DNA of 51,946 nt, taken from Octopus bimaculoides (Eukaryota). The notes under the pieces are model-generated. The model did no database searches. It had not been told where the DNA came from and saw only the letters and a program-made list of their open reading frames with translations. Position 1 is the stretch's first letter. The number at the start of each line of letters is the position of its first letter. The stretch lies in contig NC_068981.1 of assembly GCF_001194135.2 (NCBI RefSeq), forward strand, positions 75,800,490 to 75,852,435, in the 5' to 3' direction. Shown piece by piece: positions 24,216 through 35,420 of this stretch. Both the position numbers and the translations under genes were made by a program.

Positions 24216-24845
24216 CAGGGTGCTGTGAATAGACTGTCCTCTAAATTACGCAAACATTAAAACAAGACTGACATCGTATTTTAACAGATATGTGTACCAA
24301 CATTACATAAAAATCTTCCGAAATTCTAAAGAGTGAATCTATTTAATAAAATCGCTTTTGGCTTCAACCACGGCCTCCAGACGACTACGGAAACTCCAGC
24401 GCCTCTTCTGGACGGTTTCCTTGTTTAACGTGGTGACTGCTGTCATAACATTTAACTTCAGTTCACATTCGGTGCTCAAGTTTTGTTGTTAGCTCGCTCA
24501 ACTGCGCATCACCCATAATAATCAAGTGAGTTGTAGTCTGGGGAGTTAGGTGGCCAGATAGTAGGGGTGATGTGGTCGCAGAAATTGTCTAACCATTATG
24601 ACTAGGTTTTCCTGCTTGTGCATGGTACAGAGTCCAGTTACCAGTTAGACTGTCTTCCAGCAGCCACCCTCCTGTCCCAGGGCAACACTACTTCCTCCAA
24701 GCACTTGATGTAGGCCTCCGTGTTGAATCTGAAGCCGTGTGGGATGATGAATTGAGGCATAACGTCGCCATGATTAGTGATAATTTCAAACACCATGATG
24801 ATGACTAGTTGTTTGATTTTTATCACTCTTGTTACAAGTCCTCAG
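24216..24845 (-). mobile_element. 5'-truncated maT/DD37D-like mariner-family transposon fragment
   Basis: IMVFEIITNHGDVMPQF..NTEAYIKCLEEVVLPW, then DSVPC..WPPNSPDYNSLDY with ~36-37 residues between the two Asp. Terminal TA|CAGGGTG at 24214-24222. Confidence 0.85.
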
Positions 24846-27481
24846 ATTGCATTGACCTCAGATTGACACTCAAACAATTTGAAACGTTCATATCGGAGCT
24901 TCATGCGCGAATACCAAACAATACTACATATCGTTTCTGGTAGAGTGAATTGTGTCACGGTGCTGTTTTTTCTCATAGAGGGAGCCCAACTAGCCCTACT
25001 ATAATCTGTAATCGACAAAATCCAAAACAAACAATGCGCTTGTGCGAAATAAAAATTATAATCTGGTGATATATATATATATATATACACACATAACTCA
25101 AAATTCAAAATTCAAAATTCAATAGGGTATTTTACAAATAAAAGTGTAAACTTGCTAGACACTTTATTACTATCATTATTATTAATAATAATGGTAATGA
25201 TACCTATTTAATTTGAAATATTTACATAACTGTAATTTTACTACTTATTCATTAAGCTTGAATGAAATATATGGAATATAAAATGAGTGAAATTTTTAGT
25301 AATGCTATACAATGTCAAGTTAGCCGTATTCCTCTTTCTGGTGGCTTGTTTGTTTTAGAATCTAAATTTATTAGTTTCTGCTATTGTACTCTAAATGCTT
25401 TGTAACATAGTGAATTTATTACTTAATGGGCAAAAATAGGTTACGAATTTATGTGTTTGTTTATGAATTACAGATGTCTGAATTTTGTTAACGTGAACAA
25501 ATGTACGGCACATATATTACACCGATCTCAAAATTCGTGTTGTTCGAACGTCAAGTAGGACTTAAGTTTATCAATCATCAAGTTAAGACCAAATGTCAGC
25601 CATGGTCTCCATTCCATCTAAAACCCTATTATAACATTGCCAGATGTCAGTAATTTAAAACATTGAAATCATAGCTATCTTTTATTAGAGTATAATGTTA
25701 AAGTTATGGCTGTTTTCTATAGTTTCTGAATATATGTCGTCTTTTAGTGAAAAATATACTCCATAAATGATACTCTAACGATCGGAATGGTTATCAATGC
25801 TGCTTTGTAACTATTTATTAACATATTTACTTTACTGGAGAAAGATTTATTTAATGCTTTCTAACATTAAGATATTAAAATTCGTTGAAAAGCCGCATGT
25901 AGATTGGTAATAATATATAAATAATCCACGTAATTAGATTCCTCGCTATGAAATAATTATCTATCTACAAAACATTCAATATCAACATGCGCTGTAACAT
26001 CGTTAGTTTGAATGAACTGAGGGAAATACTCTTATTTTCCTATATAAGACCAATCTACAAATCTTCTAAGACTCATAAACATATCAGCAGGATATGTCTG
26101 CTAATTGTCAATGGCCTGCAATGATGATCAATTAGTTTCTCAAATAATGCATTAATTTTCTCCTCTGATTCCAAATAAATTTAATCAAACTTCCGAACAG
26201 AAATGTATTGTTAAATCTAAGAACATGTCAAAGTAGTATTTCTGTTTAAAGCCCAATTAAAATACAATTTCCACATATACAAATAGCGAAATAGTTCTAA
26301 AAAGCTCTTGAAAATACTGTAAACTTCACAGACACACATACACGCGCATACACACTCTCACGCACACACACTCTCACTAACACATACGCGGCGCGTTCAC
26401 GCACACACACAAACACTTGCATACACGCACAAACACACACACGCACACGCACACACACAAAAATGACTTACTGTTCACCCAAGTTAAGCAAGCAATCGGT
26501 TCGTTAGATATTTATCCAATTGACTATTAATAAAGGAGTGAAACTGAACTAGTGCATGTGTTTATACGATTGGCATAATGACTCTCCCTAGGCACAACAC
26601 AACCTACATTTAGAACTCGAGAAATTTATGTATATTTCCATATGACTGAAGGGAAACACGATGATGACTCGTATTATATACGACTTGCTGTTGTACAACG
26701 ATTTTGTCAGAAATATATATTCTTCTACGTGGTTATTCTTGTTCATTGAAGTTTTAACTCCTATTTTCCTTTTACAACTGGTGGATCATCGTAATCCTTC
26801 TTGTGGGAAAATTCCTCTAGATTTATGAAGAAACTATTGCATATGTAGCTAACATAAATACCCCAAACCAGGTCGTTTAACATTAGGACGAAAAAGATAC
26901 CATCTAATTTTTACCACCTCTGAAATTTTTGAAAAAGAATAACAGCGTTGAACTATCAACAGCAGAATCTCAAAACATGCTTAGTAAATGTAATATTCAC
27001 AAATGTAGAGGAAATAATGTAGGTAACAAAATATCGTCGTTGTGGATCGTGAGTTGACTGACCCTAGTGTAATACAAGTTGAAGAATGAGGAGGTATTTT
27101 ATTTTAAAGCAAATACGAATGGAGAAATGAAAAAGTATCTCATTTACTGAAGCATATATAGGTAATTCAATAAAAGTTATATAGAATGAACAATAAAAAA
27201 TTTAATGGAACGAGTCAGGGTGCATTAACAATAAATCAGGACGTTTTCTTTGAAGAGTACTACGCAGTGAATGTCTACACAGCAGAAATAGTGAAAACCT
27301 CAAATCAGCTGGTTGTATACGGATTATATTAGACCACGTATGTGTGAGAAACTAAAATCAGTGAAATCCAGCATATACACAATTTTTCCTCATGCAAGTC
27401 CGTTTTAATCTCATGTGACATTTTAAATTTAAGATCGCCCTTGTCTAACACACAAACACGCACGCACGCGCGCGCATACAC

Positions 27482-27548
<67 letters not shown>

Positions 27549-28024
27549 CATACACAAACACGCATGTATGTATATGAACAATATCGATTTCAATCAGTTA
27601 ATGTATGTGTGAAGTTAAATGGTTTTGACTGCGGTATTTCGGCCTGGGAAATTCTCTTTAAAGATGTGTGTTGAGAAACACAGTATACTTCAATGTTAGG
27701 CGACACAAATCGCCCTGGTCTTCAACGAGAACGTCAGGTATTGATATTTCGCTGTTGTCCTGTCATATCTGTCGATATTGATAAATATCGATATCTGTCG
27801 TTCTAGTTCACCTTCAGATGATTTGTTTCGCTTGGTTTTGGAATCTACACTGTTTTTCAACACACTACATCTGTGAAGGCACTTTCACTGAACGAAATAC
27901 CGCAAAATACCCCTGTGTGTGTGTATTGCAATATATTTATAAACATCTAATGTATAATTAAATTTCATGCTTATGTGTCTGTCTGTATGTATGTATAAGT
28001 TTTAGTATACATATATATGTGTGT

Positions 28025-28120
28025 GTGAGGTCAATGTTATGCTCTCTCAATCACGAGATCGTGATTTCAATTCCTAGCATGGGTGGTGCATCGTGTCCTT
28101 GAGAAAAACACTTCCCTTTC
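28025..28120 (+). mobile_element. Degenerate tRNA-derived SINE head
   Basis: ..caatcacgagatcgtgatttcaattcc..gtgtccttgagaaaaacactt: B-box-like remnant followed by a typical SINE body start. Confidence 0.4.
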
Positions 28121-28284
28121 CTTGGATAATGGAACTGCACCTGTTACATCCGATATTTATTTTTATTTTTATTCTCATATTTCTATTTATACTTCCTATA
28201 TTTATATTTCCTATATCTCCCCCTTTCCAAAATAAATTCTTGTATTGAACTCTATTATTTCCCTCTATTTAACTCTCTCTTATC

Positions 28285-28331
28285 GTCTCTGATGAAGGGA
28301 TATCCTCATATCACTGAAACAGATGCAAGAC
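28285..28331 (+). ncRNA. Minimal type-I hammerhead ribozyme motif (mutated)
   Basis: GTCT-CTGATGA-AGGGATAT cctc ATATCACT-GAAA-C-AGAT-GCA-AGAC. Stem I is 4 bp; stem II is 7/8 bp; U16.1 is changed to C. Confidence 0.75.
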
Positions 28332-28399
28332 TACCTTTCTCTTTATAAATGTCATAGAAAGTTCACACTGCCTCAAGTTTCTTGTCTCATTTTTTATTT

Positions 28400-28805
28400 A
28401 GTACAAACACACATATTCCTAGGAAAAACCACACACATACACACACTGTAAAATCTAACAGTCACAACAAACACTCACAGACATACACACATATATATAT
28501 ACACAGGCACATACACGTACACACATACACACGTACACGAGCACACCGTCCTGACGAGTACAAAGAAACCCAGAGACACATTCCTAGAAAAAAACACTCA
28601 CATACACACGTACTCACACACACACATACACACACGAGCACACATGCACACCGCCTTGATAAACGTAACACACAGATACACATGCACACACGGACAGACA
28701 CGCAGCGCCCTGACCGCTATACCACACATATACACACATACCATCCCGATAATTACAATTAACACATATATATGCACACGGACACATACATATGCACACG
28801 CACGC
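28400..28805. repeat. Degenerate CA-rich low-complexity repeat
   Basis: Interrupted (CA)n with recurring cattcctagaaaaa-type units; explains the His/Thr-rich ORFs. Confidence 0.8.
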
Positions 28806-28846
28806 ATTGTTTTTGACAATGATAATAAAAATTTTGTTTGTTTGTG

Positions 28847-29143
28847 TATCCTTTGTGATGAGTCAAAAATAGTTTACATAAAAACAGATCAAGTAAAATC
28901 ATTTTTTACAATGATAAGAATATAAAAATTAGCTTTCATGACTATATCCCGATCAAGTAATAGAGCCTTTGACCAGAAAATAAGATGTGTACGGTTGGTC
29001 ATGTCTATCCTCTGTGATGAATCAAAGAATACTTTAAATATAAACATTCAGATCAGGTAATGGGATTTATCATATTGATATGAAGGTGAAAAATATTCTA
29101 CATAGATATATCTAGATCAAGTGAGCCTATGACAAGAAAATAA
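28847..29143. repeat. Degenerate tandem duplication, period ~159 bp
   Basis: tatcctttgtgatgagtcaaaaatag (28847) versus tatcctctgtgatgaatcaaagaatac (29006); gagcctttgaccagaaaataa versus gagcctatgacaagaaaataa. Confidence 0.65.
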
Positions 29144-29269
29144 ACCGTATCATGTTTGCCAATCGGTGGGTGCTAAAGTTTTAGACACACTGTTATCAGA
29201 AACCATATTTGTTTGCAGCACCTTAAACAGTCATAATTCTTGGATCTTGCTTTTAGGGACCCGTCAAAC

Positions 29270-30010
29270 TTAATAACCCGCCCGAAATTCCATAAGCCCT
29301 CAAGCGCTTTCTAACGTAATGTTAGAACATTACGCTTTCTAACGTAATGTTAGAACAGATACCTGCACGCTTAGATCTTCTGATAGAACCATTCTCTTCT
29401 CCGATAAAACAAAATATTCATATAGAGCAATTAGTGACACATACGCACAGTTCCTTAACAACAGCATTACAGGATAACAACATAACAACATTACAACATA
29501 ACGACAGACGTACAGGAGGGATACTCCCAGGCGTACAATAGTATTAACCAAGAAGCCAGTGATATAGCTTTTAAACTAGGCATAGAAAATAAGGTAGAGA
29601 CGCTGTCGAATAAGGATACCTTCATAACGATCAAGAGTCATAAGCTTAACGTTGCCTCTAATCCTAAAAGCAGGCTGATAAACCCGGTTGAGCCTGAGAT
29701 CGGACAGGTGAGCAAACGGCTCATCAGAAAGATGAGCAACGGCGTTAGAAACGCCTCTAACTTCGCCCCACGGTGCAATACGAACAAGATCATTATATGC
29801 TCTAAGGCTAATAGCAGTGTGGGTAGAAGTAGGTTTAACCAATTTGATATAGTGGATTCCTACCCATCTATATCAATGAAGCCCCTGTTCAAGGCACTGG
29901 ACTTTGCTAGGGCTCATACTGAAGTACTCAAGCTAATAGTACCTCATTATCTACGAAAATCTGGGAATTTAAAGACAATAATATCGATTTCAGTCTCGAA
30001 TGGGATTTAG
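29270..30010 (+). mobile_element. PLE RT N-terminal remnant of a distinct lineage
   Basis: PPEIP*ALKRF, LFSDKT, then an open frame from ~29540 to 30010: INQEASDIAFKLGIENKVE..TFITIKSHK..NPKSRLINPVEPEIGQVSK..QFDIVDSYPSIS..ALDFA. Confidence 0.75.
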
Positions 30011-30595
30011 TGCGTTTAGCGCAACTATACATATATAGCCGATATTGATGTAGACTTTGTTGTATGGAATTATATGATATTTTAAAATATAGAGATAAGA
30101 ACTACTTAATAATAAATTAGATTTTAGACTGTCCTGTGTCTACAAGATTATTCGTGCCTTTAAATAAGCTGACAATTATTTAGTGTATCATATATATATA
30201 TATATATATATATTTCATTTTTTTGGGGTGACTAAAACTTCTTTTCTTTAAGCCCTTTCATCTATTAAATATTAGTAATCATAATATATACCTACCCAAT
30301 CCCACTGGTAAACCTATTCTATCACAGTTAATATAAATATACTATTTTTCCTAATAATTCTGTAATTTTTAAATATCCCCTAAATATGAAATATAACATC
30401 TATGATCTGTTACTATCGTACCTAAATTATTGTTCTTCGTTGTATTCTAAATATATTTTCTTAACCTATTTCTAACGATAATTTTAATTCTATTTCATCT
30501 CCATTATAACCCGGTATAATTATGCCTTTTTCCATCTAGAATTAATGATTAATTAATATTCTGATTATAACGATTTATGTAACAATTCTATTATA

Positions 30596-31873
30596 TCAGG
30601 TCATTAAGAATGAAATGTCCGATTTTCTTATGCACCAAGTTTGACAGTCGTTAACTATAATGTTTTATCCTAACAATTCTTTGTTTTACAACATTGAAGA
30701 GTTACATTACTTTTCGAAATGCAATTCATGGTGTCTGATTATATTGTGAGTTTTTCTCTTGTAAATCAATTTTTTGAACAAATGTTTTGAACCAATGAAT
30801 AGATTGTTTATGAATATAAGTTCCGTCGTATAACCAATGCATCACGGAGAGTTCGAAACAGCAATGAGGTGTTTGGTGAAGATGTGGCGAAGGAGCCCAC
30901 TGTACGTCGATGGTTTGCGAAGCTCCGGTCTGGTGATTTTACTCTTGAAAATCAACAGCGTGGTAGACCTGAGACTAAGGTGGATAATGATGAGCTAGAA
31001 ACTGTAGTGGAAGCCGATACCTCACAAACTACACGTGAGTTAGCAGCAATGTTTGATGTTTCGATTCCAGCTGTATTGGACCATCTCAAACAAATCGGCA
31101 AGGTAAAGAAGCTGAACAAGTGGGTACTACACAAACTAAACGAGTATCAAATGACACGTCGTCTTGAAACTTGCTGTTCTTTGCTGTCACGGCATAAAAG
31201 CGAACCATTTTTGCATGGTGTTGTTGCGAGTGATAAAAAAAATGGATTCTTTTCAACAAACGCAAGCGTTCTGCACGGTGGTTGGATAATGACGAAATGC
31301 CGAACAATCTGAACAAGAATATTCACCGAAAATGCTAATGGTGTCTGTTTGGTGGTCCAGCACTGGTGTCATCCATTACAGCTTCATGAGACCTGGTAAG
31401 TCAATTACAGCAGATATATACATCAACAAATTGGATGAAATTATGATCGTACTTGCAATTAAACATGAGATTTGTCAATAGAGACAGGTCAATTCTCTTG
31501 CAAGACAATGCTCGACCACATGTTGCACAAAGAACGCTACTCAAGTTACAGGAACTGAACTTGGAAGTACTCTGTCATCCATCATATTCACCAGGTCTTC
31601 CACCAACTGACTATCATGTTTTCCAGGCATTAGACAACTTTTTACAAGGAAGAAACTTCAAATCTGAAGAAGATACAAAAACAGCCTTTCGTGATTTCAT
31701 CAACACTTGCGCTCCAGAATTCTTCGCTGCCGGCATAAATATGCTACCGATAAAATGGCAAAATTGTGTTGATAATTTAGGTGCATACTTTGATTAACGG
31801 CATTGCCTTTTCTTCAGATAAAATAAAATAGACTTTCAGTTCAAAATCAGACATTTCAGTCTTAATGACCTGA
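30596..31873 (+). mobile_element. Near full-length mariner (DD34D; Hsmar1/cecropia-like), inactivated
   Basis: ~31-bp TIRs (tcaggtcattaagaatgaaatgtccgatttt, 2 mismatches) flanked by TA at 30594-95 and 31874-75; 1278 bp. ORFs 30869..31312 (TVRRWF..GRP..KWVLH) and 31453..31797 (LLQDNARPH..HPSYSPGLPPTDYH, 34 residues between the Asp). Frameshifts near the first Asp. Confidence 0.95.
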
Positions 31874-33086
31874 TAATATATTCTTTATTTTCATTTTATA
31901 TTACCTTATTTACTTTTTATATATCTTGGTATAGCATCTTTTATTGACTTACTCTAGAATTTGTTTTTAAATAAAGAATTTTTTAGTATAACATTTCAAT
32001 AATTTTTATTATAATTTTTTTATTATAGTTTTTATTATAAATCTTCTTTCAGATATTTTCTTATATTTCCTCGTTATAAATCTTCTTTCTTATTTCCTCA
32101 TATCTTAAGATTGTACATACCCTTCATGTATTTTTCATAATTTTTATGTTTTATTAATACTTTGACAATTTTAAAATTTTCTTCCATATATCCCACTGAG
32201 TACTGTGGACCTAAAATTATAAAAGTATTATATTTTTATTACACAATACTTTTTTTTATATATTTCATATAGTTTATATTTTTATAATTTTGCATATATA
32301 TCCTTTACATTTTTTATTTACTCATATTTTATCTGGTTATATTTTTATTTTTACTTTTTATTTCCTTATATTTTTAAAATTTTCATAGCATACAAATCTG
32401 GTGGCAATTTATAGTTTTTTAATTTTTTTTAAATACCTTATATGCTGCAATCGTACATTATGAATTATACGTTATCCCCTTATTTAGTTATATTTGAAAA
32501 TTCTTTCTAGCTTTTATATATCCGTATATTTATATTTTGCTTTAATGTTATAAGTAAACTAAGTTTAAAACTCACGCCTTCCATTTCTCTCTTAACTTAC
32601 ATCCCGCCCATAATCCTTTAAAAGGTATTCCTTTTAACAGTTCAATTTTCCTACCCTTTTAAGATGACGGTCAAAACAAGCTTTATTAGCTATCCCTTTT
32701 CACTCCCCCAGCATACATCCTCCTTTACCACCCCATGACCAACCCTTTGATGTTGATATATCCGGATGTAAAGTTCCATTTTCGTAGATAGTAGAACTGT
32801 CTGTCATGATACTAATTAATTTATAACTCCCCAAAGATCTAATGTGCTTTGAAGACTACATTCTCACCATTGTCATCAATATGTAGATAATGGGGTCACT
32901 ACACTCATTCATCCCTCCTCCCCACTCTAACTTATGCTAATTTCTTATTTGTCTGTCGCTGTACTCTCCTTTTAACGTGTTGCCAAAAAATTTAGCAGCG
33001 GAATCCTTGTAAATATTTGCTCTCTATTGATGATATTAATACATTTTAATATCGAACGTGTCCCTCCTTGCTTGATGTCTATGCAG

Positions 33087-33170
33087 TCATCTGATGAGAA
33101 CGGTTTTATTTGTAATGATGTAATGCTTTCATTGATCAATTGAAGGTGTCGCTCGAAACGGCCGTAATGA
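33087..33170 (+). ncRNA. Minimal type-I hammerhead ribozyme with intact catalytic core
   Basis: TCAT-CTGATGA-[GAACGG..57 nt..GTCGCTC]-GAAA-C-GGCC-GTA-ATGA. Stem I TCAT/ATGA; G10.1:C11.1 pair present; palindromic loop GGCC; GUA triplet, with predicted cleavage after 33166. Confidence 0.8.
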
Positions 33171-33599
33171 ATTGAAACTTACACAACTGTGTTATTCATT
33201 TATGTTTTACTCATCTAAACTGGATTCTGCAAAGTATTTGGACAGTATCTTTATATAAAGTACATGCCTGAACAAATAAGAGCAGATTTATTCACTAAGT
33301 TGGATCGTGCCATCTGCATACTCTGCATACTCTGCATGAATATCGGATGGAAAAATTTTATATAGAGATTGATAATCATCTAATATTGTGTGAGTGTGCA
33401 AACAAGTTCATCCTAGCAAGATGCCTCAGTTTAAGTACCTAATTGAACTGAAACTCAATTATATATGTATAATGAAGGGATATAAAAAATATCCCGGAGA
33501 CAGATGTGAGACCTTCTACTTATAAATGTTCTAAAATCTTCAGACCCTTGGATTTTTATCTCATTCTGAAAAAAAATTTATATATATATATATATATAT

Positions 33600-34457
33600 N
33601 NNNNNNNNNNNNNNNNNNNNNNNNNNNNNNNNNNNNNNNNNNNNNNNNNNNNNNNNNNNNNNNNNNNNNNNNNNNNNNNNNNNNNNNNNNNNNNNNNNNN
33701 NNNNNNNNNNNNNNNNNNNNNNNNNNNNNNNNNNNNNNNNNNNNNNNNNNNNNNNNNNNNNNNNNNNNNNNNNNNNNNNNNNNNNNNNNNNNNNNNNNNN
33801 NNNNNNNNNNNNNNNNNNNNNNNNNNNNNNNNNNNNNNNNNNNNNNNNNNNNNNNNNNNNNNNNNNNNNNNNNNNNNNNNNNNNNNNNNNNNNNNNNNNN
33901 NNNNNNNNNNNNNNNNNNNNNNNNNNNNNNNNNNNNNNNNNNNNNNNNNNNNNNNNNNNNNNNNNNNNNNNNNNNNNNNNNNNNNNNNNNNNNNNNNNNN
34001 NNNNNNNNNNNNNNNNNNNNNNNNNNNNNNNNNNNNNNNNNNNNNNNNNNNNNNNNNNNNNNNNNNNNNNNNNNNNNNNNNNNNNNNNNNNNNNNNNNNN
34101 NNNNNNNNNNNNNNNNNNNNNNNNNNNNNNNNNNNNNNNNNNNNNNNNNNNNNNNNNNNNNNNNNNNNNNNNNNNNNNNNNNNNNNNNNNNNNNNNNNNN
34201 NNNNNNNNNNNNNNNNNNNNNNNNNNNNNNNNNNNNNNNNNNNNNNNNNNNNNNNNNNNNNNNNNNNNNNNNNNNNNNNNNNNNNNNNNNNNNNNNNNNN
34301 NNNNNNNNNNNNNNNNNNNNNNNNNNNNNNNNNNNNNNNNNNNNNNNNNNNNNNNNNNNNNNNNNNNNNNNNNNNNNNNNNNNNNNNNNNNNNNNNNNNN
34401 NNNNNNNNNNNNNNNNNNNNNNNNNNNNNNNNNNNNNNNNNNNNNNNNNNNNNNNNN
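33600..34457. other. Assembly gap (largest of seven: also 3283-3349, 5505-5528, 7399-7408, 19856-19931, 23385-23617, 41262-41517)
   Basis: N runs, each bordered by dinucleotide microsatellite. Confidence 1.
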
Positions 34458-34523
<66 letters not shown>

Positions 34524-34524
34524 A

Positions 34525-34555
<31 letters not shown>

Positions 34556-34610
34556 ATGTATGTATTTATATATGTCAAGAGAAAGATTTGCACATGCAAG
34601 TTTTATTATA

Positions 34611-34797
34611 GAGTGAATCACATCTTTCTTTGTAAGGACCTACGCGCGTTACCGCTGCAAGCCGGTGCACATTGCAAATTGTGCATCTTGGTGTTAAGCG
34701 GCACCAGTAATTATCATCAAGATGTACAATTTGCAATATGCACCAGTTCGCAGCGGAAACGCTTGTAGATCCTGACAAAGAACGATGTGATTAACTG
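34611..34797. mobile_element. Fold-back MITE (Tc1/mariner-type ends)
   Basis: Arms 34617-34690 and 34718-34791 are reverse complements (74 bp, ~11 mismatches) around a 27-nt spacer. Ends resemble CAGT(G/T)AATCAC. Confidence 0.75.
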
Positions 34798-35199
34798 CAT
34801 AATGAAACTTGGATGTGTAAAGCTCTGTTCTGATATTATTAATTTATTATTACTTCACTACCGATACTATGTAGTCTTTGTAAGGGTTTTGAATTTACTG
34901 AAGTAATCATCAACCGAATATAGTAAATTTGACTAACAGAAGTTTATCTACATTCACTGAGTTTGGACACAATTGTTAACCGATAAGAACGATCATTGTA
35001 CTGCTAGGATTCTAACACGGAATAGAATAATCCTATTTCCGATGATTCCGTCAATAATGTGATATAATGTCTGCTTTTGTATTCTTAAATGTCATGAATT
35101 TTGAAAGAAATTTTGTACTTTAGCTTTCTCTTGGTTTAAACAGTAGCTTAATCTCACTCAAATCGTATTCTATAGTAATAGACAAACGAGTATTGCTTG

Positions 35200-35420
35200 A
35201 ATAATATAATTTCTGTTTTGCAAAAGAACAACATGGTCACGATGCAAATTTTTAGGTCATATGTTTAATGGATCAGTGTTATTCTTGAACTAAAAAACAA
35301 TGATAAGAACACGATTACCGCTGATGTTGCCCCAACGAAGTGTACTGTAGTGGCAGGAAGTTGATCTACGTTGACGTTGCGGACAGCTGCTAACTATAAG
35401 TGTCACATCAAAATTATTCC
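35200..35420 (+). mobile_element. Possible pogo/Tigger-type DDE remnant
   Basis: KRTTW/VTMQIF..W..KNNDK..ADVAPT..LTL..AAN resembles the NKKAWMT..IF..W..DNAPCH..FLPAN region. By-eye match, weak. Confidence 0.3.

Noticed and set aside
28545-28580. GTC-CTGACGA-GTACAAA-GAAACC within the CA-rich repeat
   Set aside because: No stem II closure and no cleavage triplet.
28847-29143. Repeat-spacer-like pattern considered as a CRISPR-like array
   Set aside because: Eukaryotic context, only two degenerate units, and the whole unit rather than a short repeat is duplicated.
33506-34768. 420-aa and 347-aa ORFs, and similar long ORFs at 23.3 and 41.1 kb
   Set aside because: They read through N gaps and dinucleotide repeats; artefacts.
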